In this document: piece by piece, positions 54,265 through 64,000 of the stretch
Layout: the number at the start of each line of letters is the position of its first letter
Position numbering within the stretch: position 1 is the stretch's first letter
DNA from: Octopus vulgaris
Taxonomy: Eukaryota
DNA: 64,000 nucleotides
Direction of reading: 5' to 3'
NCBI GenBank assembly: GCA_951406725.2
Contig: OX597830.1
Span: 25,358,001-25,422,000 of the forward strand
The notes under the pieces: model-generated
Database searches by the model: none
Told to the model about the DNA's origin: nothing
Seen by the model: the letters and a program-made list of their open reading frames with translations, nothing else
Made by a program: the position numbers and the translations under genes

Positions 54265-54640
54265 TCTTCTTGTATTTGTTTCAGTCGTCTGAACTGCGGC
54301 CATACTGGGGCATCTCATTGAAGTGTTTAGTGGAACAAATCAAGTCTGGTGGTAATTTACTCTTCACCGAACCACCGTGTTGTAGGGGATGTAAACACAC
54401 TAACACCGCTTGTTAAGCAGTGCAGGATTAAAAAAAAACAAACTCAAAGTTTCATGCACACATTTATATACACGACGGGTTTCCACACAGTTTCCATCTA
54501 CCAAATTCACTCACAAGGTATTGGTCGACTCGGGCCTATAACAGAAGACACTTGACCAAGGTGCCGCATAGTGGGATTGAACGCAGAACCCGCGTGGCTG
54601 CAAAGCGAGCTTCTTAGCCATATAGCCATGCAAGCGCCTA
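54265..54640 (-). mobile_element. SINE family A, diverged
   Basis: Tail through head. Confidence 0.75.
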
Positions 54641-54870
54641 TTGATTATTGTTCATATAGTACGGGGTACATAGCCTACCTTGGACTACACTATCTAATGT
54701 ATCTTGTTTTATATGGAAACTCGATTATCTTATATTGTATTCTGCTAGTTCTTTGATTTCACGCTGATGCCAGTTCTTGTCCTTCGAGGCGAAGAACTCC
54801 TTCACAGAAGCTTCCATCTCCTCAGGGTTGATGAAGTGCCGCGTGTGCCAGAGGTGTGCCATGGAACGGA

Positions 54871-55106
54871 ACAAGGGGCTAAACACAGAGGGAACAAACA
54901 AGGACAGACAAAGGGATTAGGTCGATTACATCGACCCCAGTGCGTAACTAGTACTTAATTTATCGACCCCGAAAGGATGAAAGGCAAAGTCGACATCGGC
55001 GGAATTTGAGCTCAGAACGTAACGGCAGACGAAATACCGCTAAGCATTTCGCCCGGCGAGCTAACGTTTCTGCCAGCTCGTCGCCTTCATAATCGACTCC
55101 TCCTCA
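54871..55106 (-). mobile_element. Family B SINE copy carrying the flank of the 46.9-kb copy
   Basis: Reverse complement of 46859-47094 with few mismatches. Confidence 0.9.
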
Positions 55107-55149
55107 AAGGGGATATTTTTTACGCAGTCCTGATAAGCATAAGCAGTGG

Positions 55150-55431
55150 TTTAAACAATAGCCAGTTTCCGGAACCTGTCGTCAAACATGGGTGCTCCGA
55201 ACACAATGTGATGCTCTGTGGCTAGTGGAATTATGAAGAGAAAATTCACAACGAGTTCGTTCCGTACGGTCGAAGCATCGATGTCAACCTGTATTTCGAA
55301 CTGATGAAGTAGATGTATAATATTGTGCGGCAAAAATATCTAGCATTGGTTAACAGAAAGCGAGCTCTTCAGCGTCCCGGAATAATCTCCAGGAACTGAT
55401 GTCACACCCAGCTTATAGTCCAGACCTCTCT

Positions 55432-55433
<2 letters not shown>
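55150..55433 (+). pseudogene. Mariner transposase catalytic-domain remnant
   Basis: VMLCG.WNYEEKIHNEFVPYGRSIDVNLY...[12 protein letters not shown]...[12 protein letters not shown]. Confidence 0.8.
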
Positions 55434-55494
<61 letters not shown>

Positions 55495-55496
55495 AG

Positions 55497-55571
<75 letters not shown>

Positions 55572-55729
55572 TGTTGAAATGGAAAGATGAATTTTCTTGT
55601 TACAGATTATTCAAAAGTTTAACCGATACCTGGGTAGCAAAAATCACAGCAGAAAAAAACACGGTTGGAGATAAGACCATATGGTGTTGCAACCGTGCGT
55701 TGGTGCGGATAATTGAAGTTTCCATTTAC

Positions 55730-55762
<33 letters not shown>

Positions 55763-55771
<9 letters not shown>

Positions 55772-56144
55772 AAAATAGTAAAGAGTGAAAAAACGACAGA
55801 AGGCTTAAATGTTAAAAAATATATATATTTGCGTCAAAATGTCTGGAGAATATTGGAAAAATTTTTTCCTTTCCTTAAAATGACATAATTTTATAATTTT
55901 TAAAGAAATACCGGTTTTCGCAGTTAGCTCTTCAAATTTCTTGTGACTTAATGTTTATAAGTCACAAGAAATTTGAAGAGCTAACTGCGAAACCGGTATT
56001 TCTTTAAAAATTATAAAATTATGTCATTTTAAGGAAAGGAAAAAATTTTTCCAATATTCTCCAGACATTTTGACGCAAATATATATATTTTTTAACATTT
56101 AAGCCTTCTGTCGTTTTTTCACTCTTTACTATTTTCTTATATAT
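55763..56144. repeat. Near-perfect fold-back palindrome, about 188-bp arms, 7-nt loop
   Basis: 55763-55950 versus 55958-56144, one 1-nt indel seen; flanked by (TA)n. Confidence 0.96.
55966..56004 (+). ncRNA. Minimal hammerhead-like motif (mirrored on - at about 55903-55942)
   Basis: aagaaat-TTGAAGA-GC-taact-GC-GAAA-CCGGT-atttctt: stem I, variant core (C3 to U), palindromic ACCGGT. Confidence 0.5.
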
Positions 56145-56177
56145 TCACCCACGTGCTTTACCAAACAAACTTTCTTA

Positions 56178-56234
<57 letters not shown>

Positions 56235-56797
56235 GAAACACTCCTGTCACAACCTGGGTCCTTGAAGAAGTATACTAGTCCCTTAGTCCTGCAAGAAAGT
56301 ATACTTGTCCCTTAATATTTTATATTCAATATTTCATCTATTCAATAAGACAATCAATACTTCATTTCATTTTACTATATATATATATTATTTATACTAT
56401 ATATTCTATATTCTACATTAATATTATAAAGGATATAAATAAAACATAAAAAAACAGAGTTGGAATTTCTTTGAATAATATATATCTCTCTATACCCAAT
56501 CATACAAACCCGTTTATATATATATATATATATATAAAAGATATGAGAGGTAATGGTGTCAATAAGACCCAAAGGTGTCAGGTAATGCTGAGTAAGTGCT
56601 ATGGATAGACCATAATTAAGTTCCAGGTTCAGTGATTATGCGAAGAAGGAGTCCAACGTAGGTCATATATCAGCGTGTGTATATATATAAAAAAACATTT
56701 TCAGAATGAGATAAAAAACCCCCCAAGGCTGTGAAGATTTAGGAACATTTATAAATGTTCTAAAATCTTCACAGATATGGCGAGGGATTACTCTCTT

Positions 56798-57570
<773 letters not shown>

Positions 57571-57589
57571 GTATATATATATACGTATA

Positions 57590-57663
57590 TATGTTTCTTT
57601 ATTAGCCACACAGGGCTGCACACAGATAGAACAAATTACAAGGTAGAGCTTTTTCTTTTGAAG

Positions 57664-57698
<35 letters not shown>

Positions 57699-58609
57699 AA
57701 GAAGGGGGGAGTTTCGCTCAAAAGGGATCGTAAAAGGAGAGAAAGAGGACAAAAAAAAGGGGGGTTAAAAAAAAAGGGGGAGAGGAAAAAAAAAAAAATT
57801 GATCAATAGGGATCGTTATCACAGAAATGTCAATATGAAGTGTAAAGGGGAGGACAGGTGAGGTTTACCCGTGGAAAGAAAAGCCTACGGAAAAGACCAC
57901 GGTAACCTCGGTCAATGAAGTCACATTTTATATTTCTTTTTTTTTTTTTTTTTTTTGCAAATAAGCAACTCTCTGTTTTCGATTTCTGGGTTCATAGGAC
58001 TATGCTCAAGGTGGCTTCGTCATTCATACGTGCCATTCTTGCTACATTCACCCATCTTTTTTTAAAACATTCGCTAGACAAAACTTGCCTCTCTACTCTC
58101 ACTTTCCTTTTCAAGTGGTACTTGAAGAAGTTGATGAGAGATTGACCAGAGAGGAAAGTGTTTGTCTCCAATCCTTTCAGACGCGTCCACCAGATACATT
58201 CTTTCGCCATAGCCACAAGGATGATGAAAATAGCTCTTCCTTCCCGTTTGAAGGAAGGAGGCGTGACAATATTGACGATAGACTCAGCTGATAAACCGAC
58301 TCGTCCCACACGTGACAGCAGTTGTTCGACATAAGCCCACAGGTCGGAAATTGTTGGGCACTGAACGAGTGCGTGCAGAACGGTTTCGTCGCTCTGACCG
58401 CATCTCGGGCAGGTCGGCCCCGTGTTTCTCGAGCCGTGTCTGTAGAGCTTATCCCGAACGGGTAGCGCTTCTCGGTAGCACTGCCAGGCCAGGGATCTCT
58501 GGAAGTTGTCCATGGGCCCTGGCCCGAAAGTCGTCCTGAACAGGCGGGTCAGGTACTCCTCGTCGACGTCCAGGTTCGCCCCGAGCTCGTCGTCGTACCT
58601 CCCCTCCAA
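57590..58609 (-). mobile_element. 5'-truncated Tx1/L1-like LINE (zf-RVT; open frame to stop at 57992)
   Basis: Highly similar to 27384-28317; embedded in (TA)n. Confidence 0.9.
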
Positions 58610-58626
58610 TACATATATATATATAC

Positions 58627-58711
<85 letters not shown>

Positions 58712-58714
<3 letters not shown>

Positions 58715-59028
58715 GACAGGCTTCTTTCAGTTTCCGTCTACCAAATCCACTCACAAGGCTTTGGTCGGCCCGAGGCTATAGTAGAAGACACTTGCCCAAG
58801 GTGCCACGCAGTGGGTTGAACCCGGAACTAGGTGGTTGGTAAGCAAGCGTTTTGCCGCACAGCTATTCCTATATATATTCTTTTGTATGTTTGTATGCCT
58901 GCCAAATCCATTCACAAACGTCTGGTCGGCACGATCCTATAGAAGACCCAGGTTACCACACAGTGGAACTGGACCCAGAACTACCATGTTGTTGGAGAGC
59001 AAACTTATCACGCAACCACTCCTGCGCC
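58712..59028 (-). mobile_element. SINE family A heads (one good, one degraded)
   Basis: 58712-58870 and 58895-59028. Confidence 0.8.
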
Positions 59029-59029
59029 C

Positions 59030-59490
<461 letters not shown>

Positions 59491-59734
59491 TTCTCACTCT
59501 CGTCTCTCCCCCCCTCACTCTCTTACTTCCCACATTTACTCACCACCACGCTGCAATTTAGGTTCCACAACACAAACAATGCCATGCTTTCATCCGCGAA
59601 TCAAAAGTACGATTCTATTTTCGTTTTGTCCTTTTATTTTCTTCTCCAAGAATAACAGAAACAAAAGTGAAACGTAATTCTTCTAATTAAAGCTGTCCTT
59701 AGGACGAGGACTAAATTGCACAGTAGAACAAGAG

Positions 59735-59893
59735 ATAGATAGATAGATAGATAGAGAGAGAGAGGGGGGAGAGGAGGAGACTGATGAGGAGAGAAAGGGT
59801 GTTAGAGAGACTACTGGTGTGTGTAGGAGTGGTAAGAGATTTAGGGAGTGAGAGAAAATAAGGAGGAGGTGTTAAAGCGGACGAAATAAAGAG

Positions 59894-59924
<31 letters not shown>

Positions 59925-60520
59925 GGGGAGAGAGCGATGAAGAGATAAGCAGTGTGTGAGAGGAAAGAGAGAGAGAGAGAGAGAGAGCGATGAAGAGACA
60001 GGCAAAGTGTGTGAGAGGGAAGTGAGAGAGAGAAGTGAGAGAGAGAGAGAGAAATAGGGAGGGGGAAGTGGGTGAAAGAGGACATGAAAGAGAAGAGTGG
60101 GGGAGAAAGAGAGAATGAAAGAGAGAATGTGTGTGTGTGTGTGTGTGTTTGTGTGTGTGTATAAAAGAAGGAGTGAAAGAGAGAGAGAGAGAGAGAGGGG
60201 GAGAATGAAAGAGAGAATGTGAGAGAGAGGTACTGAGAATGAGAGACACAAAGAGAATAAGAGAGAGAGAGAGAGGGATAATGGAAGTGAGAATGTGTGT
60301 GTGTGTGAGAGAGAGAGAGAGAAAGAGAGATACTGAGAATGAAAGAGAGAAAGAGAGGGGTAGTAGGAGAGAAGAGGTAGCGAAAACAGGTTAAGAAGGG
60401 CGCCGGGGATGAGTGTGAGAGAAAGCAAAGAGACAAAAAACAAGACAGTAAGCGAATGAGTAAAGAATAGAGAAAGAGAAAGAAGAGAGATAGAGCGGCA
60501 AAAAAGAGAAAGAGAGACAG
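59735..60520. repeat. Polypurine (GA)n-rich tract with internal duplications
   Basis: GAGAGCGATGAAGAGA, GAATGAAAGAGAGAATGTG and TACTGAGAATGA each recur. Confidence 0.85.
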
Positions 60521-60567
60521 TGATCTCTCTGACTCAATCCCTCTTTATACAAACATACAGATTTTAA

Positions 60568-60727
60568 ATTTTGGCACAAGGCCTGCAATTTTAAGGGAGA
60601 AGCAAACCGATTTACATCAGCCTCAGTATTCAACTGGTACTTATTTTATTGACCCTGAAAGGATGGAAGTCAAAGTCAACCTCAGCGGAATTTGAACTTA
60701 AAATATAACGATTCTGCCAGCTCGCTT
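60568..60727 (-). mobile_element. SINE family B
   Basis: Body on the minus strand. Confidence 0.75.
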
Positions 60728-60734
60728 AAATATA

Positions 60735-60899
60735 TGGACACAAGAGTGGCTGTGTGGTAAGAAGCTAGCTTCCCAATCATATGGGTTCCGGGTTCAGTCC
60801 CACAGCGTGGCACCTTGGGCAAGTGTCTACTACTATAGACTAGGGCCGACCAAAGCCTTGTGAGTGGATTTGGTAGACGGAAACTGTAAGAAGTCCGTC

Positions 60900-60967
<68 letters not shown>

Positions 60968-61385
60968 CTTTCTAAATCTCTCTAAAGGAAATTACGGCAG
61001 CAGTACTGGTTATTAATAGTTATCGCCAAGCTAACATGGCAGTCCAGAAAAATAGGACGAATGCTGCCGGTGATTAGCTCCAAGAGGCCATCGCCTCTAG
61101 CTAGCTATGTGACACACAAACCTGTCTCCATTACAACCTTCGAACAGGGGAGGTCATATATACGTATATATTTGTGTGTCTGTATCTGTCCCACTGCCAT
61201 CGCTTGACAACCGATGTTGGTGTGTTTACGTCTCCGTAACTTAGCGGTTCAACAAAAGTAAACGATAGAATAAGTACTGGGCTTACAAAGAATAAGACCT
61301 GGGGGCAATTTCTTCGACTAAAGGCTGTGCTCCAGCATGGCCGCAGTCAAATGACTGAAACAAGTAAAAGAATAAAAGAAAGAGT
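60735..61385 (+). mobile_element. SINE family A with an insertion of about 190 bp in its internal (TA)n
   Basis: Head 60735-60900, foreign sequence 60965-61157, tail 61160-61385. Confidence 0.85.
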
Positions 61386-61409
61386 ATATATATTATATTA
61401 GATAGATAG

Positions 61410-61461
<52 letters not shown>

Positions 61462-61544
61462 GGAGAGAGACCGTTCTTGAAGAAATACAATTTAATGGAT
61501 ATTAAGTGGTGTTACCACTGGTAACAAGGACAGTAGATGACATC

Positions 61545-61849
61545 ATTGATAATGGTGATGGTGGTGGTGGTGATGGTGATGATGATGGTGATGTTGATGA
61601 TGATGATGATGATGATGATGACGACGACGACGACGAGGAAGTTCATAATGGCGTTACGATGATGACGGCAATGGCAAAAGAGAAGAAGAGGGAGGAGAAG
61701 AAGAAGAAGGAGGAGGAAACGATGATGGTGATGGTGAAGATAATGACAACGGCGACAAAGAAGAAGACGGAAAAGATGATAATGGTGGTGGTGATGATGA
61801 TGAGAAATTCGAAATCGACGAAGATCATGGCGGCGGCCTCGACGACGAC

Positions 61850-61932
<83 letters not shown>

Positions 61933-62081
61933 TGCTGTTTATCTTGATATGAGATCACCATGTCGCGCACATATGGTTGTGCCTGGTGTACCCTTATCAG
62001 ACGGGTAGTCATGATGGGTATACTGGGCTTCGTATATTTTACCCCAGTGTCACTTTGGTGGCATGCTCTGCTCGCTCACTC

Positions 62082-62174
<93 letters not shown>

Positions 62175-62231
62175 GAAAAGAAGAAGGAGGAGGAGAAGAA
62201 GAAGAAGAAGAAGAAGAAGAAGAAGAAGAAG

Positions 62232-62263
<32 letters not shown>

Positions 62264-62340
62264 GAAGTAGAAGAAATAGTAGAAGAAGAAGATAATGATG
62301 ACGATGATGATGATTGCAACGACGTCGATGAGGATGACGT
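61545..62340. repeat. Trinucleotide tracts (GAT, GAC, AAT, AAG)
   Basis: Seen directly. Confidence 0.92.
61932..62081 (+). mobile_element. Retroposon 3' end inserted in (AAT)n
   Basis: Homologous to 34673-34825(-). Confidence 0.7.
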
Positions 62341-62715
62341 TAATTATTGTATTATTACAACAAAAAAGTGTTTTAAACAGTTTTTTAGAACAAAGTACGT
62401 GCGTTTGAAGTGTAAAGACATTGGCGAATGCATTTAGGTACATCTGAATCATCAGATCACGGTTGTCCTCGTACATTAAGTCTGTTTCATGTTAGTGGAC
62501 AGTGATGGTGGTGGCGGAGGTGGTTGTGGTGGTGGTGGTGGTGGTGGTGGTGGTTGGATGGCTAGAGGACGGTGGACAGTGGACAGTCTTAAAAACATGG
62601 CTAATAAGAACATAGACAAAACACTTCTTTATATTAACTCAAAGCCAAAGAAAATCTCTCTCTCTCTCTCTCTTTCTCTATATTATATATATATATATAT
62701 ATCTATCACACACAT

Positions 62716-62772
<57 letters not shown>

Positions 62773-62868
62773 TACATACATGTACGCGTATGTGTGAGTC
62801 TATTTGCTTCTATGTATGTATATATATATATATATATATATATCTCGAAAATATGTATATATATATAT

Positions 62869-62911
<43 letters not shown>

Positions 62912-63118
62912 GTTTAAATATTTGTTGTGCAAGATTTTTATGTGAAGTCGTGTGTTGAAACAGATATTGTTATATTTCGGAATGGTCATTTTGCCAGTTT
63001 AGCCGAAATAAGATTAAGATTAATGTAAAAAATAAATAACACTGAAGCAAAGTAACACCAAATATATAGTGCGTGTGTTTTTATTGGCTAAACTGGCAAA
63101 ATGACCATTCCGAAATAT

Positions 63119-63126
<8 letters not shown>
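62912..63126. mobile_element. Inverted-repeat element between (TA)n tracts (Penelope-like)
   Basis: 62963-63004 is the reverse complement of about 63086-63126; shares GCAAGATT..TCGTGTGTTGAAACA with 38440-38495(-). Confidence 0.65.
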
Positions 63127-63183
<57 letters not shown>

Positions 63184-63434
63184 GACAGTTGATGAAGAAT
63201 AGCGCCGTTGGTCCCAGATTTCCAGTAGACCAGTCGTTGTTCAGGGTGACAATGGATTGCCTGTGACTCGGTGCAGAACAAACAGCGCAAAATGTCTCCC
63301 TGGAAGTGCACTGTTTTCTCGAATTCCCCGTGACAGTGTTTGCATCCTCCACCAATATACATCAGCGAAGGATACCCCCTATATAAACACACACACACGC
63401 TCGTATACACACACACAATGGACAATTAAACGCA

Positions 63435-63779
<345 letters not shown>

Positions 63780-64000
63780 CGGAGATCTGAGATTGTCTAC
63801 TGGAACGAAAAACAATTGCAGCTTGGAAAGTGTTTATAAGCCATTTAAGAAACACACAAAAACTTTAACATTTAAATTTAATTTGCCAAAATATTTTCGG
63901 CGCTTTGAGACCACGACCTGTTCACTGACAAAATTCTATGCTGCAATTATATATGATATATAATTATAATTGCTTTTCCTTTCGTAAAATTAGAGAACTG

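Noticed and set aside
61506-62476. Acidic, poly-His, poly-Lys and poly-Arg ORFs
   Set aside because: They arise from adjacent GAT/AAT/AAG triplet tracts.
63860-63935. Hammerhead-like motif on the minus strand (GTGAACA-GGTCG...CGCC-GAAA)
   Set aside because: The core and stems deviate too far to support the call.

Overview
AT-rich eukaryotic genomic DNA that is almost entirely repetitive. The tRNA-headed SINE families and the extreme microsatellite load match what I recognise from octopus (coleoid cephalopod) genomes; this taxon call is an inference. No intact host protein-coding gene, rRNA, tRNA gene or CRISPR array can be supported. Nearly all ORFs in the supplied track are translations of microsatellites or SINEs. 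The recognisable coding remnants are all from transposons: Penelope-like GIY-YIG, RTE and R4/Dong-like RT, Tx1/L1-like ORF1 and zf-RVT tails, and Tc1/mariner. The most interesting structures are: (1) fold-back palindromes and short elements carrying minimal hammerhead-ribozyme-like cores, probably Penelope-like pseudo-LTRs; (2) a complete, TSD-flanked 1.7-kb retroelement with only ORF1 and no RT, nested in a Helentron-like element; (3) two Tx1-like tails sharing almost the same 5' breakpoint; (4) a local inverted duplication of a SINE together with its flank; (5) a few weak candidate exons and promoter modules. I did not find convincing evidence of a wholly new biological system. Boundaries were read by eye and are approximate unless stated otherwise.
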